A stretch of DNA of 64,000 bases. Source: Desulfomonilia bacterium. Lineage in GTDB: Bacteria; Desulfobacterota; Desulfomonilia; UBA1062. Below are positions 1 to 11,550 of this stretch, piece after piece. Location of the stretch: contig JBEKDT010000004.1 in assembly GCA_050014195.1 (NCBI GenBank), positions 96,001 through 160,000 of the forward strand. The letters are read 5' to 3'. The translations under genes and the position numbers were made by a program. The notes beneath the pieces are model-generated. The model was not told the origin of the DNA. It saw only the letters and a program-made list of their open reading frames with translations, and made no database searches. Numbering within the stretch: the first letter of the stretch is position 1; each line of letters begins with the position of its first letter.

Positions 1-250
1 GTCTTTCCTCTGGAGGGTGCCTATACTTAAGGATATGACCCGGAATCTTATTAAAAGATTTTCAAAGGAGTAAAACTCTTACATTCACTTCATCGCCGGA
101 TGGTTAAGAAAAGCATGGACTCACAAGTACCCTCGACCCTTCTTCTGGATTTATTTATATCTTATATGATTCATCCCTTTATCGAGCCATTGTGTTTTAC
201 CGATAGAGTTGCTATATAGCGCACACTATGCACTCACTGGCCGGAAGCGC

Positions 251-2374
251 ATGAGCACGAGAACAAAATACCTCTCTATATTTAGCATCATATGGTTGAT
301 TGCCCTATTCGCTGCCGCAACCGAACCACAGGCCTCCGAATCCCTCAACTCATCGAATTATATAATAGAAATTAAGCCGTTAAAAGAACACCAACGCGTT
401 ACCACTGAGATCATCAGGGAACTCAAGAAAAACCACTACAAGAAAGTCGCTATTGACGATGCGCTCTCGAGCAAGGTCTTTGACCGATATCTAACGGATA
501 TCGATTCTTCACACATATACTTCCTTGCAACCGACATAAAAGAATTCGAACCTTTTCGCTACCGGCTTGATGACGGCCTCTTGAAGGGAGATGTAGCCCC
601 TGCCTTCACGATCTTCAACAGGTACGAAGAGAGGCTTGCGCAAAGGCTCGTTTTCATCATCAGCCGGGTGGATAGCGGTCTCAAGGACATAAGCCTGGAT
701 AAGAATGAGAATTTCGAAACCAACAGGGAAAATGCCCAGTGGCCGGCTTCGCGCTCCGAGCTCGAAGGCCTGTGGCTCAAGGCACTCAAGAACGAAGTGA
801 TCAACATGAAGCTCGAGGGAAAATCCTTGTCCGATATCTCAACGACCCTTTCGAAACGCTATTGGAGCCAGCTCAAGCGTCTTCGCCAGACCTCCAGCGA
901 AGACATCTTCCAAATATTCATGAACTCACTGGCAACGAGTTATGACCCCCACACCTCGTACTTCTCCCCGAGATCTTCCGAGAATTTTAACATCAACATG
1001 AGCCTCTCTCTCGAAGGAATCGGCGCCATGCTCACCACGGAAAACGAAAACACCAAGGTAGTGCGGCTCGTTCCTGCAGGACCTGCCGATAAATCAAAAC
1101 AGCTCAAGCCGAATGATAAGATCGTTGGAGTGGGCCAGGGTCCGGAGGGAGAAATAATAGACGTGGTAGGGTGGCGACTCGATGACGTTGTAGACCTCAT
1201 CCGCGGCCCTAAAAACACCATCGTTCGTCTCAAGATCATCCCTGCCGATGCAAGTGACGACCATCAGACAAAGATCGTCAGGCTCATGCGGAGCACAGTC
1301 CAGTTGGAGGACCAGGCTGCCAGCAAAGATGTGCTCGATATCACCAGAGGAGGCCGCACCTATAAAATCGGTATCATCCATATCCCCACCTTCTACCTCG
1401 ACATCAGGGCCATGCAGTCCGACACCGAAGATTATAAAAGCACTACCCGGGATGTGAAGCGCCTCTTAAGTGAGCTTGATGCGCTTCATGTAAACGGTGT
1501 CGTCATCGACCTGAGAGATAATGGCGGAGGCTCACTGCATGAAGCAAACACCTTAACTGGTTTATTCATAAAACGCGGTCCTACCGTGCAGATCCGCTCA
1601 GCCGATGGTGTGACCGAAACCCTCTATGACCGTGATAACAAGATCACCTATGCAGGGCCCTTGGCTGTGCTCGTTAGCAGGTTGAGCGCATCCGCCTCCG
1701 AAATATTTGCCGGGGCAATCCAGGACTACGGCCGCGGGGTCATCATCGGTGATACTACCTTCGGTAAAGGAACAGTTCAGACACTGCTCAATCTCTCTCG
1801 AGGACAACTCAAGGTCACTACTGCCAAATTCTATCGCATCTCTGGAGAAAGCACTCAGCACCGCGGGGTAGTCCCGGACATATATTATCCAAGTCTTTAT
1901 GATAAGGACACTATCGGCGAAAGTTCACTCAAAAATGCACTGCAATGGGATGCCATCGGCGCAATACCCCACTATGTCTTCACAGACATCCCCCCTTACA
2001 AAGCACAACTCCGTTCCATGCACCAAGCACGCATTCAGCAAGATCCGGACTATCAATATCTTCTTGGCATGATCAATTATCTCAAAGAATCCCGGGACAA
2101 AAAGAAGGTTTCCTTGAAACTCTCCACGAGGCTCCAAGAAAAGAAAAAATCGGAAAAGTTAAGGCTTGCTCTGGAGAACAGGCTCAGAAAAGCTAAAGAC
2201 CTCAAGCCCATAATAAATCTTGATCAGCTGAACGAAGATAAGGATGAATCCCCAAAGGTAAAGCCTGCAAAAGATGATGCTGAGCTTGTTGAAAGCGGGA
2301 ATGTCATAGTGGATTATCTCACCATTAAAAACAAGTCGAATTCTCCGCAACAAGCCCAGACAGGGGTCCAATAG
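251..2374 (+). CDS. prc: Carboxy-terminal processing protease (S41A, Prc/Tsp), PDZ + DUF3340-type tail
   Basis: Signal peptide; motifs DPHTSY, EGIGA (PDZ), [40 protein letters not shown] 251 preferred over TTG 209. Confidence 0.93.
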   Translation: MSTRTKYLSIFSIIWLIALFAAATEPQASESLNSSNYIIEIKPLKEHQRVTTEIIRELKKNHYKKVAIDDALSSKVFDRYLTDIDSSHIYFLATDIKEFEPFRYRLDDGLLKGDVAPAFTIFNRYEERLAQRLVFIISRVDSGLKDISLDKNENFETNRENAQWPASRSELEGLWLKALKNEVINMKLEGKSLSDISTTLSKRYWSQLKRLRQTSSEDIFQIFMNSLATSYDPHTSYFSPRSSENFNINMSLSLEGIGAMLTTENENTKVVRLVPAGPADKSKQLKPNDKIVGVGQGPEGEIIDVVGWRLDDVVDLIRGPKNTIVRLKIIPADASDDHQTKIVRLMRSTVQLEDQAASKDVLDITRGGRTYKIGIIHIPTFYLDIRAMQSDTEDYKSTTRDVKRLLSELDALHVNGVVIDLRDNGGGSLHEANTLTGLFIKRGPTVQIRSADGVTETLYDRDNKITYAGPLAVLVSRLSASASEIFAGAIQDYGRGVIIGDTTFGKGTVQTLLNLSRGQLKVTTAKFYRISGESTQHRGVVPDIYYPSLYDKDTIGESSLKNALQWDAIGAIPHYVFTDIPPYKAQLRSMHQARIQQDPDYQYLLGMINYLKESRDKKKVSLKLSTRLQEKKKSEKLRLALENRLRKAKDLKPIINLDQLNEDKDESPKVKPAKDDAELVESGNVIVDYLTIKNKSNSPQQAQTGVQ

Positions 2375-2400
2375 AAGATCGAGGGACAAGGAAGAACCCG

Positions 2401-3408
2401 ATGCAGATACTTGTTACAGGCGGGGCAGGATATATCGGAAGTCATACCTGTCTTGAACTCCTTCAGGCGGGGCATGGGGTCGTTGTAGTGGACAACCTCA
2501 TGAACTCCAAAGAGGAGTCTCTCAAGCGCGTGCAAGAGATCGCAGGGAGACCTCTGGTGTTTCATTGTGCAGACCTCCTCGATAAAAAGGCCTTGGAGGG
2601 CATCTTCGTTCACCACAAGATCGATGCCGTAATACATTTCGCAGGGCTTAAGGCAGTGGGTGAATCGGTCCGAATCCCCCTGATGTACTACCACAACAAC
2701 ATCACAGGGACCATCATCCTGTGTGAAGTCATGGCCGAGCATTCTGTAAAAAACATCGTGTTCAGCTCTTCCGCCACGGTCTATGGAAACCCTGCATCCG
2801 TTCCCATCCGGGAAGACTTCCCTCTCGGACCGACAAACCCCTACGGCCGGACCAAGTTGATGATTGAAGAAATCTTTAAGGACCTTTATACATCCGACCC
2901 ATCATGGAATATCGCACTTCTGCGCTATTTCAACCCCATAGGTGCACATAAAAGCGGTCGGATCGGTGAAGACCCCAACGGTCTTCCCAATAATCTCCTT
3001 CCAAACGTTGCACAGGTGGCAGTTGGCAGACTGCCTGAACTGAAGGTTTATGGGAATGATTATCCTACACCCGATGGAACGGGCGTTAGAGATTACATCC
3101 ACGTTGTGGATCTGGCACAAGGCCATCTGTATGCACTTCAAAGGCTTTTAACAGGGTGCGGGGTCATCACCTATAATCTCGGTACGGGCAGAGGATATAG
3201 CGTGATCGAGGTGGTGAACGCCTTTGAAAGGGCATGCGGTAGAAAGATCCGCCTCCAAATCATGGGAAGGAGAGATGGTGATATCGCAACCTGCTATGCA
3301 GACCCCTCCTCGGCAAATAGGGATCTCGGCTGGGCCGCCAAGCGTGGGATGGATGAGATGTGTGCCGACACGTGGAGATGGCAGTCACGAAATCCTCAAG
3401 GGTATTAA
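2401..3408 (+). CDS. galE: UDP-glucose 4-epimerase
   Basis: [45 protein letters not shown]. Confidence 0.97.
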   Translation: MQILVTGGAGYIGSHTCLELLQAGHGVVVVDNLMNSKEESLKRVQEIAGRPLVFHCADLLDKKALEGIFVHHKIDAVIHFAGLKAVGESVRIPLMYYHNNITGTIILCEVMAEHSVKNIVFSSSATVYGNPASVPIREDFPLGPTNPYGRTKLMIEEIFKDLYTSDPSWNIALLRYFNPIGAHKSGRIGEDPNGLPNNLLPNVAQVAVGRLPELKVYGNDYPTPDGTGVRDYIHVVDLAQGHLYALQRLLTGCGVITYNLGTGRGYSVIEVVNAFERACGRKIRLQIMGRRDGDIATCYADPSSANRDLGWAAKRGMDEMCADTWRWQSRNPQGY

Positions 3409-3454
3409 CGATCACTTGTTCATGCAAAGCCATGTATCTACCTGAGGCTTTCAC

Positions 3455-3805
3455 ATGGGTTTTCTGAAAAAGGCCATAAAAAGCGGCAAGGACATGGCAA
3501 TATCTTCTGCCGTCAAGGTTTTTGCTGAAAAGTATATATCCGGATTCGCGGTTATCAATACCATCGAGATCGATTCGTCCCAAAAATCCTTTACTGCCGA
3601 GGTGGTCCTGAAAGGTGAGAAAGACCCTATCTCCCTAAAGGTTGCAAAATACGAGATCATATCCGAAGGCGAGAGGCACCTCCTCATACCGCACAACGTC
3701 AGTGCATCCCGCCAATGGCTCGATATACTTGCAAAGGAATATCTCGAAGAACATGCATTTGAGATACCCGCCCCTATTGCAAGAGCCCTTAAGATAATGG
3801 TTTGA
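3455..3805 (+). CDS. Hypothetical protein (116 aa)
   Basis: Fills the gap between galE and metF on the same strand, with GAGG upstream and protein-like composition; no recognised motif. Confidence 0.7.
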   Translation: MGFLKKAIKSGKDMAISSAVKVFAEKYISGFAVINTIEIDSSQKSFTAEVVLKGEKDPISLKVAKYEIISEGERHLLIPHNVSASRQWLDILAKEYLEEHAFEIPAPIARALKIMV

Positions 3806-3877
3806 TCAGGTTCTTGCAATTTACCAAGAACTCTTATAATTCTGTGGTCCAGCCTACAAAAATGCTTGGGTATGTGA

Positions 3878-4792
3878 ATGATGCTTATTAAAGATATACT
3901 GAGTTCCACACCAACTACATTCAGTTTTGAATTTTTCCCTCCTAAGAGTGATGCCGGGTGGGAGCATCTCTTCCATACCATAGCAGACCTTATACCGCTT
4001 AAGCCTTCATGGGTCAGCGTTACATACGGAGCCGGAGGCTCAACCCGTGAGAACACCCACAACTTGGTTGTGCGCATCAAGAAAGAAACCGATCTCACTG
4101 TGGTTTCTCACCTTACTTGCATTGAGTCATCCAGGGAGAATCTCCTGGTAATCCTGAACCGCTATAATAAAAACGGTATTGAAAACATCCTGGCGCTCCG
4201 TGGTGACCCGCCTGAAGGCCTTTGTGGTTGGTCTGCCCCCTTAGAAGGATTTGTCCATGCCTCTGATCTCGTTACGTTCATAAAAAACCATTTTCCCCGC
4301 ATGAGCATCGGTGTCGCAGGATTCCCCGAAGGTCATCCCGAAACGCCTAATAGGCTCAAGGAGATTGACTATCTGAAGGCAAAGGTGGATGCCGGTGCAG
4401 ACTACATTATTACACAGCTCTTCTTCGACAATCATGACTTTTATGATTTCTGCGAGCGCTGTGAACTCGCGGGCATCAACATCCCTATAATTGCCGGCAT
4501 TATGCCTATCATCACAAAAAGCGGAATGATCCGTATGGCTGAACTTGCTGCAGGGGCTCGTTTTCCCGCCAGGCTTATGAGAGCTCTCAATCAAGTGGAA
4601 ACCACAGATGCAATTGAAAAGATCGGCATAGAATGGGCAACCAACCAGGTACGTGAACTTGTTGGAAACAAGGTAAGGGGCATTCATTTCTACACCCTCA
4701 ACAATGCCCGCGCGACCCTGGGGATCTATAAGGCTCTTGGGGTAACGGACTCCTCCCAGATGGGACCGCCGTTGAAGCTGCCATGTTTTTAA
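3878..4792 (+). CDS. metF: 5,10-methylenetetrahydrofolate reductase
   Basis: FSFEFFPPK, SVTYGAGG, HLTC, LALRGDPP, ITQLFFD, GIHFYTLN. Confidence 0.96.
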   Translation: MMLIKDILSSTPTTFSFEFFPPKSDAGWEHLFHTIADLIPLKPSWVSVTYGAGGSTRENTHNLVVRIKKETDLTVVSHLTCIESSRENLLVILNRYNKNGIENILALRGDPPEGLCGWSAPLEGFVHASDLVTFIKNHFPRMSIGVAGFPEGHPETPNRLKEIDYLKAKVDAGADYIITQLFFDNHDFYDFCERCELAGINIPIIAGIMPIITKSGMIRMAELAAGARFPARLMRALNQVETTDAIEKIGIEWATNQVRELVGNKVRGIHFYTLNNARATLGIYKALGVTDSSQMGPPLKLPCF

Positions 4793-4876
4793 AGCATGTT
4801 CACAAGGGAATATCACCCCTTGGGATAAACCCCCTAAACGAACATCGATACTTTAAAAGGGGTATTTCCATTTCTA

Positions 4877-5128
4877 AATCAAAGATGATATCGAGGAGGC
4901 AAGGAAGAGACGACGCAGGCGTACTCTAATAGTACGTCGAGGAGTCGATGACGATGACAACACAATTCGGCAGGATGGCCGAATTGGACGTCCCGAAGGG
5001 ACGCCTTTAGGCGAAAGCCATGGATGGCCTGAGTCAAATTTTCGCAGGATAGCGAAAATTGTCGCATCGCAGGTGCGCCCGAAGGGTGAAGGACATGGAT
5101 GTTCTGAAACAAAGATTACGCTTTGATT
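4877..5128. repeat. Composite multi-hairpin intergenic element (MITE-like or structured RNA)
   Basis: Terminal inverted repeat AATCAAAG / CTTTGATT. Internal hairpins CGTACT-ctaat-AGTACG, AATTCGGC..GCCGAATT, CGTCCC-gaa-GGGACG, AATTTTCGC..GCGAAAATT. Two similar tandem ~73-76 bp units at 4962-5110. Confidence 0.65.
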
Positions 5129-5147
5129 GAGAATTGGAATAAGCCTT

Positions 5148-5468
5148 ATGGAAGATGATCATACACCACATCAGCTTATCGTAGACGGCGAACTAGATCT
5201 TCATATGTTCAAACCGAAAGATGTGAAAGATCTTGTGCCCGACTACCTTGAGGAATGCCGAGAAAGGGGTATCCTGTTTGTCCGGATCATACACGGCAAA
5301 GGGACCGGGACCTTGAGAAGAACCGTGCATGCAATCCTTGAAAGGCTGCCCTGGATAACCTCATTTCGGCTTGCATCCGAGTTGGAAGGTGGATGGGGGG
5401 CCACCATTGCAGAGTTGATGCCCTTGGATAAGAAAGACCCTGGTAACAGGACTCATGACCCGTTATGA
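5148..5468 (+). CDS. Smr/MutS2 C-terminal domain protein
   Basis: ELDLH and [12 protein letters not shown]...GGWGAT are Smr signatures. Confidence 0.92.
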   Translation: MEDDHTPHQLIVDGELDLHMFKPKDVKDLVPDYLEECRERGILFVRIIHGKGTGTLRRTVHAILERLPWITSFRLASELEGGWGATIAELMPLDKKDPGNRTHDPL

Positions 5469-5768
5469 ATAAGACGGATTAGCTGCTTAAGGTGTCAATT
5501 CAGGGAATGGCTTATCGGATCAACACACCTTGCCTCATACCTGTATACCATTCATTAGAGCCGATCCATAAAGGCCATGAGATTCTTACTTGAAAATATA
5601 TACGAAAACAGGTTAATAAGAACTATTAAGAGCAAACACCCTGTGGATAACGGGGTGAGTATGCATGGGTACTAAATAGGCTTTATATAAGAGCATTACA
5701 GTACAATGTTATGGCAACGCTTAACCCATAAGAGGGAATCCCAAATAAAATATCAAGAGGAGGGTACC

Positions 5769-6335
5769 ATGGTTCTGAAAAGAGTTAGTATCACATTACT
5801 TGCAGTTTTGTTTTTTGCTACATCTGCCTTCGCCCTGGAGATTATCGGAGTTAATATGCCCGAGACCATCAAGGCTGGCGGAAACGATCTGGTTCTTAAT
5901 GGCGCAGGTGTGAGATCAAAATTCTTCATCAAGGTCTATGTTGGTGGTCTTTACCTTAAACAGAAAAGCAGTGATGCCGAGAAGATCATGGATGCTGATG
6001 AACCAATGGCGATCAAAATGGCTATGACTTCAGGGCTTGTGACCGGTGATAAAATGGAAGCAGCTTTCAGAGAAGGGTTTGAAAACTCCACCAAAGGCAA
6101 TATCGCTCCAATCAAGGACAAGATCGAGGTTTTGATAAATGCCTTCAAGGCCAAAATGAACAAAGGCGACATCTATGATTTTGTCAATGTTCCGGGTAAG
6201 GGTGTTGAAGTCTACAAGAATGGGTCCTTATTATCGACGATTCAGGGACTTGATTTCAAAAAAGCCCTGTTCGGCATCTGGCTTTGCGACAAACCCGCTC
6301 AGGCAGATCTGAAAAACAAAATGCTCGGCAAGTAA
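5769..6335 (+). CDS. Chalcone-isomerase-like exported protein
   Basis: RBS GAGGAGG, signal peptide (SAFA), LVLNGAGVR..KVYVGGLYL, DFKKALFGIWL. Confidence 0.88.
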   Translation: MVLKRVSITLLAVLFFATSAFALEIIGVNMPETIKAGGNDLVLNGAGVRSKFFIKVYVGGLYLKQKSSDAEKIMDADEPMAIKMAMTSGLVTGDKMEAAFREGFENSTKGNIAPIKDKIEVLINAFKAKMNKGDIYDFVNVPGKGVEVYKNGSLLSTIQGLDFKKALFGIWLCDKPAQADLKNKMLGK

Positions 6336-6353
6336 GACTTGCGGATGAACTCA

Positions 6354-6389
6354 TGGGGCTCAGGGGGCAGCATCTTGCCCCTAGCCCCA
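6354..6389 (+). terminator. GC-rich hairpin after the chalcone-isomerase-like gene
   Basis: TGGGGCT..GGGGCA / TGCCCC..AGCCCCA stem; no clear U-tract. Confidence 0.4.
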
Positions 6390-6442
6390 AATGAGCTTAC
6401 CCTTACCTGCATATCCTGCAGCATATGTATATGTGAGACGCA

Positions 6443-7510
6443 ATGAAGCACGTCCTGCGCAGATGGCTCAAACAATACTTTTCCGATCCCCAGCTCATGA
6501 TCCTTATCTTTTTACTCCTGTGTGGATTCTTACTGATCTTCGTATTCGGCAAAATGCTCATGCCGGTGTTTACATCCATCGTTATTGCATTACTCCTTGA
6601 CAGCCTCATCGAGTGGCTGAAACGTTTCCATTTGCGTCGGGAAGCAGGGGTCTACCTAGTGTTCATGCTCTTTCTTGCCCTCTCTTTTGATCTGCTGATA
6701 ATTTTGCTTCCAATGATATCCCATCAGATAGGCCAACTTGTAGGAGATCTCCCATCCATAATAACCAAAGTTAAAGGTGAATTGATTTTGCTGCCTCAGA
6801 AATACCCGGGCATTATCTCCGAAGAAAGGATCAACCAGTTCATTGCACTGCTGGCCTCAGAGTTCAACGACTTTGGGAAGAACATCATACGGATATCCAT
6901 CTCTTCTGTCCGTGGGATCATCACCATCATTATCTACCTGATCCTCGTACCCTTTCTGGTGTTCTTTTTTCTTAAAGACAAGGCGATGATACTGGAGTGG
7001 TTCAGGAGACTTCTGCCGGAAGAGCGCGGCTTGGCCATTCAGGTATGGCAAGAGGTGTATGAACAATTTTTTAACTATCTCAGGGGAAAAATCCTTGAGA
7101 TCCTCATTGTGTGGGCCATTAATTATATAGCTTTCGCCCTGTTAGGATTGAAGTATTCTATCATCATATCTCTCTTTGTCGGTCTGGCCGTGCTTGTCCC
7201 CTATATAGGTGCCGCTGTCATGTTCATCCCGGTTATTCTGATCGCATTTTTCCAGTGGGGCTTAGGGGCGAATCTTATCTATATCATCATAGCATTTTTC
7301 TTCTTGCATGCACTTGACGGGAACATGATCGCCCCACTGTTACTCTCAAAGGTAGTGAAGATCCATCCTGTCGCAATCATTATCTCCATCCTCGTCTTCG
7401 GCAGGCTTTGGGGCTTTTGGGGGCTGGTCTTTGCCATTCCTCTGGCAACACTCCTGCATGCCGTTCTCAAGGCATGGATAGGTTCGTCCGTTTCCTCAGA
7501 AGAATTTTAA
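6443..7510 (+). CDS. AI-2E/PerM family transporter
   Basis: Multi-TM; YFSDPQ start typical of PerM, LVPYIGA, DGNMIAPLL, HPVAII, WGFWGLVFAIPLA. Confidence 0.9.
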   Translation: MKHVLRRWLKQYFSDPQLMILIFLLLCGFLLIFVFGKMLMPVFTSIVIALLLDSLIEWLKRFHLRREAGVYLVFMLFLALSFDLLIILLPMISHQIGQLVGDLPSIITKVKGELILLPQKYPGIISEERINQFIALLASEFNDFGKNIIRISISSVRGIITIIIYLILVPFLVFFFLKDKAMILEWFRRLLPEERGLAIQVWQEVYEQFFNYLRGKILEILIVWAINYIAFALLGLKYSIIISLFVGLAVLVPYIGAAVMFIPVILIAFFQWGLGANLIYIIIAFFFLHALDGNMIAPLLLSKVVKIHPVAIIISILVFGRLWGFWGLVFAIPLATLLHAVLKAWIGSSVSSEEF

Positions 7511-7643
7511 CAACGACTTTATCTCATTAAATTGTCTTTTTCATCCGATAGATAGATGGAGGTAAGGATAAAGTGCGTCTTGATAAGGTTTAATAGGAAA
7601 AACATGGTTAGCCTGAATATTATTAGGCAATTGAGATGAGGAT

Positions 7644-9092
7644 ATGACGAACAGCCTTGGCCTTCCAAAGGGAATCCATATACTCATTGCAGATGCAAGC
7701 GCCGTAGTACGCAGCTTCCTCTCCCGTGAGCTTGGTAAATCGGGCACCCTTATATCAGTTGCCGATGACGGCGAGCAGGCCTTTGATTGCGCATCATCAG
7801 GGGATATCGACCTTGTTATCGCCGATGTCGACCTGCCAAAGATCAGCGGAGTCGAGCTCTGCAAAAAGCTCAAGGCAAGCCAGAGCACACAGCAGATACC
7901 GGTAGTCATCCTTGACTCACTGAATACCGAGGATGGCATACAGAAAGTATATCAGGCAGGGGCCACCGCCTGTATTCCCAAAACCCAGTCAAAAGAAAGC
8001 CTGCTCGATGCCGTCGGGAATGTCATCCTTAAGGCGACTTTCCAAAGAGGGCGTTTAATCCTGGTTGTGGATGATTCTCTTACGGTACGTTCCCTGGTCA
8101 GCAGGAGTCTTAAAGGTGCCGGCTTTACCGTCATTCAGGCGGAAAACGGGAAAGTGGCCTTACGTCTCTTGGGGTATAAGAAACCCGATCTCATTTTAAG
8201 TGATATCGACATGCCCGAGATGAACGGCGAGGCCTTCTGCCAAGCCGTTCATGCCGATCCTGTACTCGCAACTATTCCATTTGTCGTCATGAGTGCCAAC
8301 AGCCAGCGGCCTATCATGAGGCGCATGCTCCAGCTCGGGGCGGATTCCTATCTTGTGAAGCCCTTCAATGTGGAACAACTCGTGATTACCGTTGAAAAAC
8401 TGCTATCTGACCAGCTCCTACTCCTCCATAAGGAAAAGGAGCGGCTTGAGATAGAACAAAGACTCATTCTGGCCAGCATCACAAGTCTTTGCAATGCCCT
8501 TGAAGCCAGGGATTCCTACACCAGGGGCCATTCAGAGGCAGTATCCGACATCGCTACCAAGATCGCCATGCAGATGGGCATCTCCCAGGAAGAGATCGAG
8601 CTCATCCGCCTTGGCGGCAAGCTGCATGACCTTGGCAAGATCGGAGTAGTGGACAGTGTGTTATTGAAGACCGGAAAGCTCACCGATGAAGAGTTTTCCA
8701 TCATCAAGCGGCATCCTGTCATAGGTGCGGAGATCTTAAGACCTGTCCCTTCGCTCGCGCCTATCATCCCAATAGTCCTGTATCACCATGAACGTCTCGA
8801 TGGAAAAGGATATCCTGAAGGACTCCATGGTGCATCGATACCTCTGTGGGCAAGGATTACCGCAGTGGGTGATACATACCATGCCCTCACAAGCGACCGG
8901 CCTTACCGCAAGGGCATGCCGAAGGAAAAAGCACTTGAGATCATCCAATCGGTAAGCGGCACCCAGCTCTGCCCCGACTGCGTGGAAGTCTTTATCAAGA
9001 TGGAGCTCTGGGACAAATCATCTTCATGGTCGGATGAAGAGAAACGACCCGTTGAAGAACCATCTCGAATTGTCCTCGTTACCGGCACTTGA
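7644..9092 (+). CDS. Dual receiver + HD-GYP c-di-GMP phosphodiesterase
   Basis: Two REC domains (first atypical, IADAS; second VVDDS..LSDIDMPEMNG..KPF); YTRGHS, LHDLGKIG, HHERLDGKGYP, DRPYR. Confidence 0.92.
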   Translation: MTNSLGLPKGIHILIADASAVVRSFLSRELGKSGTLISVADDGEQAFDCASSGDIDLVIADVDLPKISGVELCKKLKASQSTQQIPVVILDSLNTEDGIQKVYQAGATACIPKTQSKESLLDAVGNVILKATFQRGRLILVVDDSLTVRSLVSRSLKGAGFTVIQAENGKVALRLLGYKKPDLILSDIDMPEMNGEAFCQAVHADPVLATIPFVVMSANSQRPIMRRMLQLGADSYLVKPFNVEQLVITVEKLLSDQLLLLHKEKERLEIEQRLILASITSLCNALEARDSYTRGHSEAVSDIATKIAMQMGISQEEIELIRLGGKLHDLGKIGVVDSVLLKTGKLTDEEFSIIKRHPVIGAEILRPVPSLAPIIPIVLYHHERLDGKGYPEGLHGASIPLWARITAVGDTYHALTSDRPYRKGMPKEKALEIIQSVSGTQLCPDCVEVFIKMELWDKSSSWSDEEKRPVEEPSRIVLVTGT

Positions 9093-9231
9093 ATGGATAT
9101 TTGAAAGGGTACAAACAGGGTTTTATAAAGGATTTGTGTCAAGAAATACATTGCATTTACCGTATGTTTTGTTTATGTTTTCAACTAAAGAACCCCTGAA
9201 TCGGCTAATGGAGAGCAATTACAAGGCTTAA

Positions 9232-10578
9232 GTGGAGATGACGACCATGAGAAGAAACATCGTACACGAAGGGGCTGAACAGCTCACCTATGAAATCCGG
9301 CAGATCGTTGCTTTTGCCGAAGACCTTCAGAGACTAGGCGTAGAGATCACCTGGGAGAACATCGGCGACCCTATTGCCAAAGGGGAAAAGCTCCCCCAAT
9401 GGATGAAGGATATCATAATCAAGCTGGCCTCCGAAGACAAGACCTATGGGTATGTCGCCACCCAGGGTGTGGCAGAGTCACGCCAGTTTCTTGCAGAAAT
9501 GGTGAACAGCCGTGGCGGCTACCAGGTCACCAAGGATGACATCATATTCTTCGACGGCATCGGTGATGCCATTGCCAAGATATTCGGCTATCTGAAGCGT
9601 GAGGCGCGTGTTATAGGCCCCTCTCCTGCTTATTCCACGCATTCCTCAGCCGAGGCGGCCCACTCGGGATATGAGCACCTCACCTATGAGCTCGATCCGA
9701 ACAACCGCTGGATGCCCGACCTTGCCGATCTGGAGAATAAGATCAAATACAACGACTCCATTGCCGGCATTCTCATCATCAACCCGGACAACCCTACAGG
9801 CGCAGTCTATCCTCGCGGGCTCCTCGGCAAAATGGTGGAGATCGCACGGCGCTATAAGGTGTTCATGGTCTGTGACGAGACCTACACCAGGCTCGTCTAC
9901 GGAGGCGCCAAGACAGCCCATCTAAGCGAGGTCATCGCGGATGTTCCTGGTATCGCGCTCAGGGGGATCTCAAAGGAATACCCCTGGCCTGGTGCCAGGT
10001 GCGGGTGGATCGAGGTCTTCAACCAGGATAAACTCCATTTCAAGCGGTACATAAAAAGTCTCATCAATGCCAAGATGCTGGAGGTCTGCTCCACGAGCCT
10101 GCCTCAGCATTCCATCCCGCTGGTCATGGGGGATGTGCGTTATGAGGAGCATCTGGCCTCAAGGAGGGCCATGTATGAAAAGAGGGCCCAGGAGGCCTGG
10201 GAAATCTTCTCGCAGATAGAAGGTATCCGGGTGAACAAACCCCAAGGCGCCTTCTACATGTCGGTGCTCTTCGAGGATGGTGTCCTGAACAACAGGCAGA
10301 CCCTGCCCATCTCCAACGCAAAGGCCCTTGAGTACATCGAGAACAAGGTCAAGGGCGTGGAGGTGGACAAACGTTTCGTCTACTACCTCTTGGGCTCCAC
10401 GGGCATTTGCGTGGTGCCTCTCACCGGTTTCTGCTGTAACAGGAAAGGGTTCAGGATTACCCTGCTTGAGATGAATGATGAAAAACGCCTGTGGACCTTT
10501 CAGGCTATAGCTGAAGGCATCAGGAATTATATCAATTCCACCAGCAGCACTGCCGCCTCCAGTCAGTCTGCAGTGTAG
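9232..10578 (+). CDS. PLP-dependent aminotransferase class I/II (AlaT-like)
   Basis: NIGDP, INPDNPTGAVY, DETY, GISKEYPWPGARCGW, PQGAFY. True start may be ATG 9238 or 9247. Confidence 0.9.
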   Translation: MEMTTMRRNIVHEGAEQLTYEIRQIVAFAEDLQRLGVEITWENIGDPIAKGEKLPQWMKDIIIKLASEDKTYGYVATQGVAESRQFLAEMVNSRGGYQVTKDDIIFFDGIGDAIAKIFGYLKREARVIGPSPAYSTHSSAEAAHSGYEHLTYELDPNNRWMPDLADLENKIKYNDSIAGILIINPDNPTGAVYPRGLLGKMVEIARRYKVFMVCDETYTRLVYGGAKTAHLSEVIADVPGIALRGISKEYPWPGARCGWIEVFNQDKLHFKRYIKSLINAKMLEVCSTSLPQHSIPLVMGDVRYEEHLASRRAMYEKRAQEAWEIFSQIEGIRVNKPQGAFYMSVLFEDGVLNNRQTLPISNAKALEYIENKVKGVEVDKRFVYYLLGSTGICVVPLTGFCCNRKGFRITLLEMNDEKRLWTFQAIAEGIRNYINSTSSTAASSQSAV

Positions 10579-10634
10579 CATGGACATGTCTTGAGGCAGG
10601 CAGATCTTAGTATATATAGCCTGCATTTGAAAAT

Positions 10635-11513
10635 ATGGGAGACGGTGTGATCGTCAGCAAGACGAATGTATCCTTCCTTTCCGGTCCCGATAAAATCGTT
10701 GGGGCCCTCTTCATCCCGAAAGCCGCCACACCCTTGCCTGCACTCATCATCTGCCATGGGGCACTGGACTTTAAGGAAAACTACCATGAGCTCTGCGAGT
10801 ACCTCGCCGGAAAAGGTATCGCTTCTTTGGCCATCGACATGCACGGTCACGGTGAAAGCGGCGGGAGCCGCTTTCATATCAATATCTCAGACTGGGTATC
10901 GGACATCAGGTGCGCCATTGACTATCTTGAGCAGAGACCGGAGATCAATGGCAAATCAATCGGCGTTTTCGGGCTCTCTTCAGGGGGAACGGCAGTGCTT
11001 GAAGCTGCCATGCTTGACAAGAGGATACGATGCATCATCACCTTGGACGCCACGGTGAGAAACACATTGACCCCTTCAGAGCATCTCGGCATAAAAATCT
11101 TGAATACCGCAGGCCGGATCAAACGTTTTATCACAAAAGAGGATTTGAGGCTTTCCATGGTAAAGCCCTTTGCAAACGTGCCGGCGGCATCCGACCCGGA
11201 GGTCAACCTCAGGTGGAGAGAAAATCCAAAAGTCTTAAAGATGTGGTCTAACGTACCGTTTCCAGGCTTCACCCCATCTCTCATCGTGGATACCATCAAG
11301 AGGGTGCACCTGATAACAGTTCCGACACTCGTCATCCATGGTGAGGACGACAAGGTGGATCCCCCCGAGACGGCACGACTCCTCTTTGCCGCCCTCGGCT
11401 GTGTCAAGCGCCTGTGCATCGTCCCGGGCAACGGCCATTTGGGACATATGGACAGGAATAAAGATGTCGTGATGGAGCAGACCTCTGACTGGGCGCACAC
11501 CCACTTAGATTGA
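10635..11513 (+). CDS. Alpha/beta fold hydrolase
   Basis: CHG, DMHGHGES, nucleophile GLSSGG, IHGEDD, GH. Confidence 0.88.
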   Translation: MGDGVIVSKTNVSFLSGPDKIVGALFIPKAATPLPALIICHGALDFKENYHELCEYLAGKGIASLAIDMHGHGESGGSRFHINISDWVSDIRCAIDYLEQRPEINGKSIGVFGLSSGGTAVLEAAMLDKRIRCIITLDATVRNTLTPSEHLGIKILNTAGRIKRFITKEDLRLSMVKPFANVPAASDPEVNLRWRENPKVLKMWSNVPFPGFTPSLIVDTIKRVHLITVPTLVIHGEDDKVDPPETARLLFAALGCVKRLCIVPGNGHLGHMDRNKDVVMEQTSDWAHTHLD

Positions 11514-11550
11514 GAAATCAGGGCCTCTGTGCTATCCTCATCGCAACCCA

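Noticed and set aside
5642-5650. Perfect DnaA box (TGTGGATAA) as an origin
   Set aside because: Single box, no cluster or dnaA context; could be chance or local regulation.
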